Of a stretch of 64,000 nucleotides of DNA, positions 17,009 to 26,735 are shown piece after piece (within the stretch, counting starts at the first letter, position 1; every line of letters begins with the position of its first letter). This DNA is from a virus, in IMG/VR virus record IMGVR_UViG_3300048587_000983, one strand, 5' to 3'. The position numbers and the translations under genes were made by a program. Under the pieces are notes generated by a model, which was not told where the DNA came from, searched no databases, and saw nothing but the letters and a program-made list of their open reading frames with translations.

Positions 17009-17201
17009 GTACGTTTGCTATGACCGTCGCTGCAAATCCCTGCGCCTCAGCTGCCACGAGCACTGCCCGGCGTGTGGCGAGCCGCGCTTTATTGTGAGGT
17101 TTCAAAATGGGTCGGAAATCGCCTTCGCGGGTGTGGCCAGAGGACACGGGTGGGATGGGAACCTACGAAGCCTCGGAGATTCTGAAGGAGCTCCTTCATA
17201 G
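16983..17201 (+). CDS. Small Zn-finger-like protein
   Basis: C..RRC...HCPACG. Confidence 0.45.
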   Translation: MTKLARSLEYVCYDRRCKSLRLSCHEHCPACGEPRFIVRFQNGSEIAFAGVARGHGWDGNLRSLGDSEGAPS

Positions 17202-17412
17202 AATGCCCGATCTTTGCGGGGTCACGATCGGCCCCTGGTCGATGACAGTCCGTCTGGACCGCACGGGCACCGTCCTCGCAAAGCTTGACTTCAGCATGCG
17301 AAAAAAGGGCTGGAGCCCTCCCAAGCCGCCGCCGGAGGAGCCTAAACCCGCGAAAAAGAAAAAGGCCACGAAAAAAGCCGCTGGCCGAAAAAGAGCGAAA
17401 AGTGCAGGATAG
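17107..17412 (+). CDS. Hypothetical protein with Lys-rich tail
   Basis: C-terminal KPAKKKKATKKAAGRK; the start may be 17155. Confidence 0.55.
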   Translation: MGRKSPSRVWPEDTGGMGTYEASEILKELLHRMPDLCGVTIGPWSMTVRLDRTGTVLAKLDFSMRKKGWSPPKPPPEEPKPAKKKKATKKAAGRKRAKSAG

Positions 17413-17451
17413 GTCAAACATCGAAAAACCTATCAGGCATGAGGAATCCCC

Positions 17452-17841
17452 ATGGATAAGGATCTTGGTATCACGAGCCCCGAGGGTTTGCGCGCGGCAG
17501 TTGCAGACGTAGAGGTACACGGTGACCCTGGGTTTTGGATCTGCATAGCCAAGGCGTCGTCCGGTGCGAAGGGGTGGATGCACTCGACCAAGGTTGCGCT
17601 CGTTCGTGGGCAGGGGCTTCTCATCCAAACCTCGTCGGAACTTATCGCGTCGCAAGGCGGACCTCGATCGACCTCGCAGGCACTTCAGTATATCCCAGGC
17701 GCCTTCCTCGATGGCGTCACGGTCGAGGGGAAGCCTGTTTATCAAATCAAATCGTCCAATGCTTTCGACCATCCGCCGGGCAGCTGGTTCATGGATGGGC
17801 GGCGCATTCTGACCAAAGGTGAAAGGCCGGAGGGTCTTTGA
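17452..17841 (+). CDS. Hypothetical protein
   Basis: SD GAGGA; TGATG overlap with the next gene. Confidence 0.7.
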   Translation: MDKDLGITSPEGLRAAVADVEVHGDPGFWICIAKASSGAKGWMHSTKVALVRGQGLLIQTSSELIASQGGPRSTSQALQYIPGAFLDGVTVEGKPVYQIKSSNAFDHPPGSWFMDGRRILTKGERPEGL

Positions 17842-18110
17842 TGGAAACAAGTCTGACGGCGCTCCATGAGAGGGCGCGCGAGCTTTGCGGGCGCGATGTG
17901 GAGATCGACCGCACAAAAGATGGTCAGTTCATCGTCCTTTATATGTGCTTTGGGAAAGCGCCTCCACCGAAGGGCTCAACCCACGAGGAGGCCCTCACAC
18001 GCTTTATCGAGTACATGGAAAGCTCAAGAACGGTGGATCCCGGAACGGACGAGGACTATAAAGATCTAATGCAGCGGCTCGACGCCGATCAAAAAGGAGA
18101 TGACGCGTGA
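17841..18110 (+). CDS. Hypothetical protein
   Basis: Translationally coupled at both ends. Confidence 0.7.
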   Translation: METSLTALHERARELCGRDVEIDRTKDGQFIVLYMCFGKAPPPKGSTHEEALTRFIEYMESSRTVDPGTDEDYKDLMQRLDADQKGDDA

Positions 18111-18754
18111 AGGTTGAAATTGAAATCAGCGAAGACCTTATGAAAAAATTCAAAGCGCTCGCCATTTTGCGCCCGCTTGAGGGAGGCATCGACGCTATTG
18201 TAAACGAAGGCCTCGAAAAGTGGGTGACTCAGGAAATCATAGGGACGCTCGTACCCGATAGCCGTTATCCGTTTGTCTATACGGGACCAAGGCCTGCGCC
18301 GCAGGAGACCGCGCCTGCGTTTTCACCCTCCAGACGGAGATCGCGGTCGGCGTCCGTGCCTGTCCCGAGTGAGAGTGAGTTCGACGCCTTTGACGCTTCA
18401 GGCATCTCCGAAGGTCTTGCTGACCAGGATGACGATATCGAGGAGGATGCTCGAACGAGCGACCCCGAGGCCTTCATCACATCGCAGGGCGGCCTTACAG
18501 AGGAAGCCCTCGACCGTGACATGAGGATCAACGACCCCGACCACGAGGCCAAGGTCGATGCGAGTTCGATCAAGGAAAAAAAGTTGACTGGCTCAGCTTC
18601 CTATCAGACGCCTGAGCAGCTTTTCGCCGAGCATTCAGGTCTTCCCACGCCGCCCCCTGTAGCGGAGGATGACCGGGCCCGCCGTCGGCGCAAGACTCAA
18701 ACTGGAAAAGGCCGAGCCTCGCATTTCACAGGCCATGAGGAGTTCACGCTATGA
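18107..18754 (+). CDS. Hypothetical protein with possible N-terminal ribbon-helix-helix and acidic disordered tail
   Basis: MKVEIEISEDLMKKFKALA; GTGA overlap. Confidence 0.65.
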   Translation: MKVEIEISEDLMKKFKALAILRPLEGGIDAIVNEGLEKWVTQEIIGTLVPDSRYPFVYTGPRPAPQETAPAFSPSRRRSRSASVPVPSESEFDAFDASGISEGLADQDDDIEEDARTSDPEAFITSQGGLTEEALDRDMRINDPDHEAKVDASSIKEKKLTGSASYQTPEQLFAEHSGLPTPPPVAEDDRARRRRKTQTGKGRASHFTGHEEFTL

Positions 18755-19122
18755 CGGAAGCAACAAAGACGGCCGACTGTCCTAAATGCGGCGGTCTCGC
18801 TTCTCTCATAATCCCTCTTAAAAAGGTGGAGCAGGCGCTTGCCGTTTACGGCTGCTCGGCCTGCGGTTTCGTCTTCGATGCAAACGGCAAAGCCTTTCTT
18901 CGGGACACGGGTGAACTCCGCGACGTTTTCCGTGGAGCGACGCTCGCCCACCAGACGCTCGCGGACGCTTTTGGTGGAAGCACGATGAACGCCGCGACGC
19001 GGGCCGTGCTCACGGCTCAGCTTTTGGAGTACGGAATGATGATGTACTTCGATGGGCTGAAGCAGGGTCTTCTTCTCGGAACGATTCAAACTGTGAAAGG
19101 GGGCGCAGAGTCAGCCCCGTGA
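18751..19122 (+). CDS. Zn-ribbon protein
   Basis: CPKCG...CSACG. Confidence 0.7.
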   Translation: MTEATKTADCPKCGGLASLIIPLKKVEQALAVYGCSACGFVFDANGKAFLRDTGELRDVFRGATLAHQTLADAFGGSTMNAATRAVLTAQLLEYGMMMYFDGLKQGLLLGTIQTVKGGAESAP

Positions 19123-19137
19123 TTAAAGGAGACGGTG

Positions 19138-19347
19138 ATGGAGAAGTATGGAATCGAGCAGGACGAGCTGACCCTCGCCCTTAGAAATGAAGAGGCTGAG
19201 CTCATGGGGAAGATGGCCAGCCTTATGTCGCGGCATCAAAAGACCGCAGCCGAGGAATCTGAGGCGCAAAGAGTCCAGTCGCGGCTCCTGGATGTTCGTC
19301 AAAAACTGACCGAGCACGACCTGAAAAAGAAGCCCACCTTTGGGTAA
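19138..19347 (+). CDS. Small coiled-coil protein
   Basis: SD AAAGGAG. Confidence 0.65.
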   Translation: MEKYGIEQDELTLALRNEEAELMGKMASLMSRHQKTAAEESEAQRVQSRLLDVRQKLTEHDLKKKPTFG

Positions 19348-19390
19348 AAGAATTTTGTGCAGCATTTAACCGATCAAGGAGCTGATCAGT

Positions 19391-20515
19391 ATGCCGATTC
19401 AAATGGTTGCCCAAAGACGCCGTCTCCCTATCCTTGGAAAGATTCGCCTCGGCGTGCGCAAGGAGTCTTCCAAGGGAAGCCTCTATCCTGCTGAGGTCGA
19501 GTATTTTGTCCTGACCGACGCCCCCGGTGTCGAAGAGGTTTATGGCAAAGACCCGAAGGAACTCGACGCCTTTTTCCCGGGGGACGACCTTGAGATTGTC
19601 CTGCCGACGTGGTTCAAGTCCTACGGCGCGGGCCGCAAAGACCAGACGGGCCGCATTATAGGTGGAAAACTCAATTGCATGGGTAACGGCCCTAGAACAG
19701 ACGTGATCGACGAAGTGCCTGTCACAAGTCCCGGGACAGCGCAGCACTTTGCGGCGCGCGATCCTGTTACGAAAGTGGTCCCGATCCGCCCCTGCATGGG
19801 TCAGGAGTGCCCTGACTATATCGCTAAAAAATGCCGACAAACAATGAAGGCCATCGTAATCCTGCCGCGCGTATCCATCTACGGGGCCTATGAGATCGAC
19901 ACATCGAGCTGGCATTCGATCAACAACTTCGATAGCCAGATCCACCATATCATGAGCACACGCGGAAGCATCAAGTTCTTCCCCTTCAAGATTTACCGAT
20001 CCGAGACGGTGACGACGCACCAGGAGAACGGGGTGGACATGACAAAGATCCACCACATCATGAAGATCCGTCCAAATGAGAATCTTTATGAGCTTCACGG
20101 CGAAGAGATCCGAAGAAAGATCGAGCAGTTCCAGACGGCCTCTTTCCTTCTGCCAGCCACGGCTGATGAGATAAACAGAAGGCCCTTCGAGGACCACTTC
20201 CCGGTTCTTCCGGAAGGCTCTTCGGATGATGTCGTGGACATCGATACCGGGGCCGCAAGAAAGCAGGACGCGCAGGACATCCTGAACGATCCCGAGGTTC
20301 AGCAGGCGTTTGCAGCCTATGAGCAAATCTCCGGGAAAAAGTTCAGCACCGAAGTGCGTCTCAAGGCTATCGACAAGAAAAAGGGTGAGGCAGACCCCAA
20401 GGCCGCCGTGCTTTCTGAGATCAACCGTATCGTCACAGATCTCACAGCAAAGGCGAACGAAAAGCAGGAAAAGATTAAACCGGCCGTAAAAGCCGCCGGC
20501 GACTCCATTCTCTGA
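19391..20515 (+). CDS. Recombination directionality factor-like (Gp3-like) protein
   Basis: LGKIRLG...P.EVEYFVLT N-terminus, KLNCMGNG, CMGQEC...C, YEIDTSSWHSINN. Confidence 0.6.
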   Translation: MPIQMVAQRRRLPILGKIRLGVRKESSKGSLYPAEVEYFVLTDAPGVEEVYGKDPKELDAFFPGDDLEIVLPTWFKSYGAGRKDQTGRIIGGKLNCMGNGPRTDVIDEVPVTSPGTAQHFAARDPVTKVVPIRPCMGQECPDYIAKKCRQTMKAIVILPRVSIYGAYEIDTSSWHSINNFDSQIHHIMSTRGSIKFFPFKIYRSETVTTHQENGVDMTKIHHIMKIRPNENLYELHGEEIRRKIEQFQTASFLLPATADEINRRPFEDHFPVLPEGSSDDVVDIDTGAARKQDAQDILNDPEVQQAFAAYEQISGKKFSTEVRLKAIDKKKGEADPKAAVLSEINRIVTDLTAKANEKQEKIKPAVKAAGDSIL

Positions 20516-20601
20516 TGCAGGTAAGCAAAGGCCAGGGCTGCTTTGAGCGGCTCTGGTCGATTTCATTCAGGCGATGATTTTTACATTTAAAGGCAGGGAT
20601 T

Positions 20602-21204
20602 ATGCACATCATTCTTTCAGGCAAGCACGGCAGCGGCATGCGGGAGGTCGGGGAATACCTCAAATCAAGGTGGGGCGCGCTCGGAACGGCGGTCTACGTT
20701 CACGACGCGAAGGCCCCGGTACGCCTTATCTGTGATGCGGCGCGAAGCGTGGCGCAGCAGTTTTCCCCTGTGCCGGAGAACCCGGACCTTGATCTTCATC
20801 TGGAGCAGGCGATCCTCGACTGGGGGCGTGAGCAGGACCTCCAGCATTGGGGCAAAATTGCCAAACGGCAGGTCGATGACGTGACGGGACGCTGGGAGAC
20901 CATGGGGCTTTTCCACGTCACAGTCATCCAGGGTCTATGCTTTTGCGAGGACTATAAGCTTTTTCCGCGCGCCTATAGGGTTTACCTTCTTCCGCCGACG
21001 GATTATAAGCCTCACATGATTTACGGCCACCATCCGAGCGAGACGGCCCTTGATGCTTGGGTTGAAGATTCCCTCACGGCCAGATACCCTGTCTTCGATG
21101 AGGTGCTTCACTCCGACAGGAACTCGGCCGAGGCGGTGGGAAAGCTCATCTTTGAAGGCTTCAACGAACGTTTCAGAAGCGGCCTCCGTACCCTCATGAA
21201 TTGA
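20602..21204 (+). CDS. dNMP kinase-like P-loop protein (degenerate)
   Basis: IILSGKHGSGM P-loop variant, HPSETALD. Confidence 0.6.
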   Translation: MHIILSGKHGSGMREVGEYLKSRWGALGTAVYVHDAKAPVRLICDAARSVAQQFSPVPENPDLDLHLEQAILDWGREQDLQHWGKIAKRQVDDVTGRWETMGLFHVTVIQGLCFCEDYKLFPRAYRVYLLPPTDYKPHMIYGHHPSETALDAWVEDSLTARYPVFDEVLHSDRNSAEAVGKLIFEGFNERFRSGLRTLMN

Positions 21205-21205
21205 G

Positions 21206-22096
21206 ATGGCTATGCACGATCTAACGGAAGCAATGACAGCCCTTGGGTTTCCGCCCAATACCAACCCGACCTATAGCGAAGTCAAAAGGCGCTGGAAGGA
21301 TCTTTGTCAAAAGCATCATCCTGACAAGCCCGGCGGCAGCGCCGACGCTTTTCGGAAAGTGACGCATGCCTACAAGATGCTGACCGATGCCGAGTACCGG
21401 CAAAAGGAGAGGGAGCAGGCTGTACGACGCGGCAACATGAACGCGCGGGGCGCGCTGGACATCCGCATGATGATACCCGTCAGTTTCGAGGATGCGTTCT
21501 TCGGCAGGCGCATCCACCTCTCCTACTCCATCTGCCAGCTCGACGAGAACCTCCAGCCCATTGCTGCAGAGGATGGGGGGCAGGTAGAGCTTGATCGACT
21601 GACGATCGACCTCAACCCCAACACAAGCGACGGCTACCAGCAGCTCCTTTCGGGTCGTGGGCATCGCTGCGGCGAGGAGAGGGGTAACGCCATGGTCATC
21701 ATCCAGGTCCTCCCGCACGCCCGTTTTAGCATCCGTGACGGCAATGTTCATTCGGCGGAAAACCTGCCGCTTGACGTCTGTCTCAAGGGCGGGCAGATCG
21801 ATATTCTAACGATGTATGGGCTGCGGCCCGTTCGGGTGAAGGCCGGGACCAAACCAGGCGACGTTCTTCGCATAAAGGGCTGTGGGCCGGTCCGCGACAG
21901 TGCCTTTGGGATAAAGCAGAGAGGTGACCACCTTCTTACGGTCAACATAAGCTTTCCGACGCGTGATGAGCTCAAAAAGGCCAAGGCCTGGGAAAAGCTT
22001 GATATCGACTGGAAGGAGGACACCGACCTCGACCAGGAGAGCGATGAATGGCTTAGGCTCTTTGAGGAACTCCACGGAAAACAGAGAGGGCGCTGA
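21206..22096 (+). CDS. dnaJ: DnaJ/CbpA-type J-domain co-chaperone
   Basis: KHHPDK (HPD motif), SFEDAFFG, HARF, GQIDILTMYG, GDHLLTVNISFP; no Zn finger. Confidence 0.9.
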   Translation: MAMHDLTEAMTALGFPPNTNPTYSEVKRRWKDLCQKHHPDKPGGSADAFRKVTHAYKMLTDAEYRQKEREQAVRRGNMNARGALDIRMMIPVSFEDAFFGRRIHLSYSICQLDENLQPIAAEDGGQVELDRLTIDLNPNTSDGYQQLLSGRGHRCGEERGNAMVIIQVLPHARFSIRDGNVHSAENLPLDVCLKGGQIDILTMYGLRPVRVKAGTKPGDVLRIKGCGPVRDSAFGIKQRGDHLLTVNISFPTRDELKKAKAWEKLDIDWKEDTDLDQESDEWLRLFEELHGKQRGR

Positions 22097-22551
22097 TGCA
22101 GGAACTTCCCATTGTTGGAACGAAAGAGGGCGACAAGCCGCGCCTTGTCATCAAGTACACGCTTGACGGCGAGGTGCTCTGTAAAAAAGTCCACGACGGA
22201 TACATTCCCGAGCCTCTTAAAACGGTGGAGCTGGCGCCACCCTTCGACCTCAAGTGCTACATCGAGCCCATCTCCCGCATCTGGGCGCTCGTCGAGGCCA
22301 CAAAAAAGCACGACCCTGAGCGCGAGGTCCCTCTCACCGCGCAGGACATAAAGCGATATATGATCTGCTCGAAGGGCTGCTACAGGGAGATGATCAGCAA
22401 GGGTCTTTTAAAAGAGGCCCTGATTCCTATCGTCGATAAGACCACAGGCAAAAACCTCGGCTCACGACGACTCTTTTTTTTCACACCGCAGGGGCGAGCC
22501 TTCGTGCGGAAGTACATTGACGGAAACTACTGTCTTACGGAGAACCGATGA
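22096..22551 (+). CDS. Hypothetical protein
   Basis: TGATG overlap. Confidence 0.7.
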   Translation: MQELPIVGTKEGDKPRLVIKYTLDGEVLCKKVHDGYIPEPLKTVELAPPFDLKCYIEPISRIWALVEATKKHDPEREVPLTAQDIKRYMICSKGCYREMISKGLLKEALIPIVDKTTGKNLGSRRLFFFTPQGRAFVRKYIDGNYCLTENR

Positions 22552-22817
22552 ACATCACAGAGCAGGAACAGGCCGCCGTGACAAGGCTTCAGGCGATCGT
22601 CGCGCAATTTAATGCGGCTTTCCATTCATGGCGAGGGGAGTTTGGAATGCAGGCCGACTTTGGTTGGAGCTACGACACCTCCGGAAGAGGCGACGTGGCA
22701 CCCAAGTACATGGAAATCGCGGCGATCGACCGGACGATTTACCGCCGGCCGCCACCGAACGAGGATGAGTTCAGAGCGAGACTGCAGGCTCTTTCCGGGA
22801 CGGAGGAGGGGGATTAG
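22548..22817 (+). CDS. Hypothetical protein
   Basis: ATGA overlap. Confidence 0.65.
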   Translation: MNITEQEQAAVTRLQAIVAQFNAAFHSWRGEFGMQADFGWSYDTSGRGDVAPKYMEIAAIDRTIYRRPPPNEDEFRARLQALSGTEEGD

Positions 22818-23526
22818 GACCGAAAGCCGGAACGCAAAAAGCGATGCGGTTCGGGTTTTCGTAGGCCCCTCCCACAATGTAGCCGCGATCGCAAAAGCTT
22901 CCCCGCCCGTTGATGTATTCGTAAAGCGCGTAGGCACCAGCGAAGTCGTCAGCTGTCAACCCGGGTACATCGAAGAGGCGGTTCATGATACCTGCCGGCT
23001 GCCCTATGGGCTGCTGGTAGCCGCCTTCCGTATACGTATCGGCCAGCCCGAACATATGCCCGAATTCGTGAAGAATGACGCGCTCTGCGTAAGGGTCTTC
23101 GGGGACGCTCGTTGCGTGGGCGAGGTAAATCTGATTTTGCCCGACGAGGGCATAGCCCCGACTGATTGTTGGGTCGAGGTAGACCTGCACCGTACCAGCT
23201 CCCGCCTCACCCCACGCAACGCGGGCTATACCGCAGTCCCAGAAAGGGTTATTCAAGAGAGCGCTGGTCCACGCGGCCACAGCTTTTTCAATCGAGCTTC
23301 GCACGAAAGCGCTTTGGCTCGCCGGAACCTGAACTCCGCTGAAGGTGTAGAGTTGAACGGGCAGCATGCAGGCTCTTTCTTCTATTGTTGTGAAGGCTGA
23401 CCACACTCTCATGGTCTCGCGGCCGGGCGTGAACGTCGCGTAGCTCAAGGCCGACGTCTCGTCATCCCTGCCACCACAAGCGAAAAATTGGAATAAGCAT
23501 AAAAGAAGGAAAACCATCCTTTGCAT
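22771..23526 (-). CDS. Zn metalloprotease lipoprotein (metzincin/matrixin-like)
   Basis: Signal peptide with lipobox FFAC; HEFGHMFGLAD; Met-turn GIM. Confidence 0.8.
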   Translation of the reverse strand: MQRMVFLLLCLFQFFACGGRDDETSALSYATFTPGRETMRVWSAFTTIEERACMLPVQLYTFSGVQVPASQSAFVRSSIEKAVAAWTSALLNNPFWDCGIARVAWGEAGAGTVQVYLDPTISRGYALVGQNQIYLAHATSVPEDPYAERVILHEFGHMFGLADTYTEGGYQQPIGQPAGIMNRLFDVPGLTADDFAGAYALYEYINGRGSFCDRGYIVGGAYENPNRIAFCVPAFGPNPPPPSRKEPAVSL

Positions 23527-23585
23527 AGCTGCCTCTCCTTTGTTTGAGGGTCGGCGCTATTCTACCACACGAAAGGATTTGAGAC

Positions 23586-24113
23586 ATGCACACGGCATAC
23601 CCCAACGCCGAATTTTTCCTGGCCGAGAGGACCACGTACGATCGGAAACGCTTTTTACATTGGGCGTCGCTGCCCGGCTGGTTTTTTGACGGGACTGCCA
23701 CCCAAATCCCGTTGGCAGAAGGGCATTTCGATCTTGGCAGCGTGCCTGAGTTGGAAGCGATCTATGGACCGAAACCAGGGCTGCTAAACATTTGGCTTGA
23801 AGGTACAATCTGTCAGAAGGTTTTCAGAATAATTGATCAGACGGGCGAGGTTCCTCAGGTTGATGATTTGCCACTTATGGTTGGGGAAACGGTCGGATTT
23901 GCGATCGTGTTTAAAATTGCCGACAGTGGCACTACAAAGGATTATTTTATTATGGCACCGCCTGATGACACCGCTTACGAGCTCGTAGAGACTCTTTTGG
24001 AGGAGAGCACAAAGCCCTTTTCCTACTTCTGGCGAGAGCCCCAATACTTTGAGCTTGGGTTTTTCCCTTCGCTGAAGCTCAAACGGACGCGAAGGTTAAA
24101 AATCGTGGATTAG
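23586..24113 (+). CDS. Hypothetical protein
   Basis: 175 aa; SD-like AAAGGA/GAG upstream. Confidence 0.65.
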   Translation: MHTAYPNAEFFLAERTTYDRKRFLHWASLPGWFFDGTATQIPLAEGHFDLGSVPELEAIYGPKPGLLNIWLEGTICQKVFRIIDQTGEVPQVDDLPLMVGETVGFAIVFKIADSGTTKDYFIMAPPDDTAYELVETLLEESTKPFSYFWREPQYFELGFFPSLKLKRTRRLKIVD

Positions 24114-24115
24114 TT

Positions 24116-24135
24116 CGTATAAGGTCTTTGTGAAT
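24116..24135 (+). promoter_or_regulatory. Promoter-like motif variant
   Basis: CGTATAAG GTCTTTGTGAAT. Confidence 0.55.
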
Positions 24136-24175
24136 AGCAACTTTACAGAAGGCGCCATGACGGTGCCTTTTTATT

Positions 24176-24409
24176 ATGGAGAATTGTATGACGGTTGATG
24201 TTGAAAATCCTGGAATTAAAGTGGTGCTGAAAGAAGCCGTGAAAAAATACGGCTGGTGGAAGGTCGGCGCCGCGCTGGCACGGCAATTCCTCAACCCCAT
24301 CTTTTGGGTGAAGTTTACAGGCACTGTCCTGCGCGATTCTTTGAGTGCGCTCACTTATTCGGTAGCATTTCGCGTCGTAACAAGAGCGAATTATAAAAAG
24401 TCTGCTTAA
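24176..24409 (+). CDS. Small hypothetical protein
   Basis: Follows the promoter motif and a hairpin. Confidence 0.55.
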   Translation: MENCMTVDVENPGIKVVLKEAVKKYGWWKVGAALARQFLNPIFWVKFTGTVLRDSLSALTYSVAFRVVTRANYKKSA

Positions 24410-24452
24410 TCGTGGTCTGAGGTGGAAACGCCGTAAATTTCACAAATTCTTT

Positions 24453-24472
24453 GGTATACGGTCTTTGTGAAT
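24453..24472 (+). promoter_or_regulatory. Promoter-like motif variant
   Basis: GGTATACG GTCTTTGTGAAT; downstream 12 nt identical to the 24116 copy. Confidence 0.55.
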
Positions 24473-24535
24473 AGAAACCGACCCCTCGTGGAGTCGGTTT
24501 TTTTTATTGTCCAGCTCATCGAAAGGGATTTCGCC

Positions 24536-25780
24536 ATGCTCGTCACGTTTCTAAAGCGCGCCTTTGTCGGCGCTGTAGCCATCGCTCTCACGTTTGCCAT
24601 GGTCAAGGTCGTAAAGAAGGTTTTCGGCGCAAAAGAGAAGGCTGAAGAGGCTGCGTCTGAAGAAGCCAGGGCCACGGCGAATTCCGACATCGCCCCGCGT
24701 GCCCTTTTGAAACCTGTGAAGAAAGACGAGCCGCGTCCCGTCGAGCCGGTCGACATCGAGCTGGAAACCCTGAAGGCTCAGATCGCAAAAGAGCTGCGCG
24801 CAAAGCTCTCGCTTCTTGGAAGCGTGGCGCTTCGCTTTATGGGCGACATCGATGCCCAGGCCGAAGCCACAGCCCGACATTTCCTCGCGCTGCAAAGAGA
24901 GGAGGCACGGCAAAGCATGATGTCGGAGCTTATCCCCATGATGGATGAGAGGATTGAGGTCGAATACGAGCAGTCGGGAAGCTACTTCGCTCGCGGCTTT
25001 GGACCGGAGGATTTAAGGTTTCGCGGCATCTATAAAGACGAGATGCTTTTCAAACAGAACTCGATAATCCTAAGACCTCTTATGGAGCACAGCGTTCGTC
25101 AGGAAACGCCAGGCACCAAAGAGTTCATGCATAAATATAGAAAACTCTACGCTGATACCCTTCCAGGCGGATGGCTTGTGCCAAGGGGCGAGATTCGGAT
25201 GACCGGCTTCGACGAAATCTCTCTCATGAACCGCTTTTTAAAATATAGGCAGTACGGGCTCGATGAGCCGATGGACCTCGATAAATACAGGCCCGAAGTG
25301 CTGACGGTTGATACTGACAACAAGGTGCGCGATCCGCTTGGGATCCAAACCCGGCTCCTCCTGAAATCGGAGTCCGTCTTCAAAGATCACAAGGCTTCAC
25401 CGCTTCCGAGGAGCTGGAGACAGCGCGTCTATAAGCTCAGCCATGAGATAAAAGATCACATCGAAGGCTATACCGATGACGCCATGGACCGGGCGTTGAC
25501 CCACCTTGCCTGCCTCTACGCTGCAAGAAACTGTGTCTGGGGAATTCCTGGAAGTGATATGGCCTACTTCGATATAGCTTCGCCCCTCTTCAAATACTGC
25601 GTCTTCCGCCTCCGCCACGCGCTCTTTACAGAGGAGTGCTTTGGGGGTGAGGACGTAAAGGTTGACAACGGGCTTGCCGTAGATGCGTTCGAGGAACTTT
25701 TAACCCTTATCACGATCCCGAACCCTATCAAAGGTGATGTCCTTGGACACACGCCTATGATCAGAGTTGGCAAGGCCTAG
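24536..25780 (+). CDS. Hypothetical protein with N-terminal TM anchor
   Basis: MLVTFLKRAFVGAVAIALTFAMV; SD AAAGGGA. Confidence 0.75.
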   Translation: MLVTFLKRAFVGAVAIALTFAMVKVVKKVFGAKEKAEEAASEEARATANSDIAPRALLKPVKKDEPRPVEPVDIELETLKAQIAKELRAKLSLLGSVALRFMGDIDAQAEATARHFLALQREEARQSMMSELIPMMDERIEVEYEQSGSYFARGFGPEDLRFRGIYKDEMLFKQNSIILRPLMEHSVRQETPGTKEFMHKYRKLYADTLPGGWLVPRGEIRMTGFDEISLMNRFLKYRQYGLDEPMDLDKYRPEVLTVDTDNKVRDPLGIQTRLLLKSESVFKDHKASPLPRSWRQRVYKLSHEIKDHIEGYTDDAMDRALTHLACLYAARNCVWGIPGSDMAYFDIASPLFKYCVFRLRHALFTEECFGGEDVKVDNGLAVDAFEELLTLITIPNPIKGDVLGHTPMIRVGKA

Positions 25781-25887
25781 TCTGCAAGGGTTTTGCTGCA
25801 CCTTTTGTGAGTCAGCCGACCTGCGGATAGTCGCGGGTCGGCTCTTTATGGTCAAATTCCGAGATTTTACAAACCAGGAGAAAGGAC

Positions 25888-26019
25888 ATGGATAATCCCG
25901 GCGTTGGAATGTTTGAAATCGCAGTCCTCTTTGTCATGCTATGGGCAGTGGTTCGCAGCGTTACAGGAGGCCCACTTGAACCGAAGGACATCACTATAAA
26001 CACGAGGAAAAAGGAGTGA
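25888..26019 (+). CDS. Small membrane peptide (43 aa), not in the ORF track
   Basis: SD CCAGGAG/AAAGGA; MDNPGVGMFEIAVLFVMLWAVV... Confidence 0.55.
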   Translation: MDNPGVGMFEIAVLFVMLWAVVRSVTGGPLEPKDITINTRKKE

Positions 26020-26022
26020 GTT

Positions 26023-26487
26023 ATGGAACCGTTTACTGTAAGTATTGCGCGCGGCGCAGCCTGGGTGGGCGGCGCTGTCATCGGCACGTTTTTTCTCAAA
26101 CTTATGAAGTCCGGCATGGACAACGTCAGATCACAAAAGGAGGATCCGCACGCACCAGGGAGACATCACATCATAAAGATCATGGCCACAACCACCATGG
26201 CCCGCTTTGATTCAGCCGCCACGCTCTATGGAGATGAGCTTGAGGAAAATCAGGCCATGCGGGAAAACTTTGACCTTCTTCGGCTCAAAGCCAAGGAGGT
26301 TCTCGACAAGGTGAATGAGTACGTGGCCTTTTCGCAGGAAACCGCCGACAAACTTCGCAGCAGGCTCCATCTTATCAGGGAGAGTCTTTCGCAGGTTGAA
26401 GAGGTGCTCAAGACCTCGATGCAGGCTAAAGCCAGGGCTCGCCATGAAGCCGAAAAACAAAAAAAGAAGGGGAAGGAAAGGGGCTAG
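26023..26487 (+). CDS. TM plus coiled-coil protein
   Basis: SD AAGGAG. Confidence 0.7.
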   Translation: MEPFTVSIARGAAWVGGAVIGTFFLKLMKSGMDNVRSQKEDPHAPGRHHIIKIMATTTMARFDSAATLYGDELEENQAMRENFDLLRLKAKEVLDKVNEYVAFSQETADKLRSRLHLIRESLSQVEEVLKTSMQAKARARHEAEKQKKKGKERG

Positions 26488-26490
26488 AAG

Positions 26491-26673
26491 ATGATGCCTC
26501 CATTTGAAAAAGTCTACCATTGGCAGGCGGGCGAGGGCTTTGTCCCGGGCTCGCCTTTTGAAATGCCGCAGCAGGATATCACGGTGCAGCTCGCCGTAAG
26601 CGCTGCGGCTCTTATCGTCTGCGCGATCTGCGTCTTCGCCTCAATTGACTACTCGACGGATGAGTTTCTGTAA
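26491..26673 (+). CDS. Small membrane protein
   Basis: C-terminal hydrophobic helix. Confidence 0.55.
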   Translation: MMPPFEKVYHWQAGEGFVPGSPFEMPQQDITVQLAVSAAALIVCAICVFASIDYSTDEFL

Positions 26674-26689
26674 TTTCAAGGGTTTTCTG

Positions 26690-26709
26690 GGTATAAGAAT
26701 ATTGAAATG
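26690..26709 (+). promoter_or_regulatory. GGTATAAG promoter-like motif
   Basis: Preceded by the same TTTCTGTAATTTCA 14-mer as the 3021 copy. Confidence 0.65.
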
Positions 26710-26735
26710 AAATCTTTAAAAAGGAGAGAAAAATC

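Noticed and set aside
19611-19621. T-loop-like GGTTCAAGTCC
   Set aside because: It lies inside a coding region (WFKS), and the T-stem and acceptor stem do not form.
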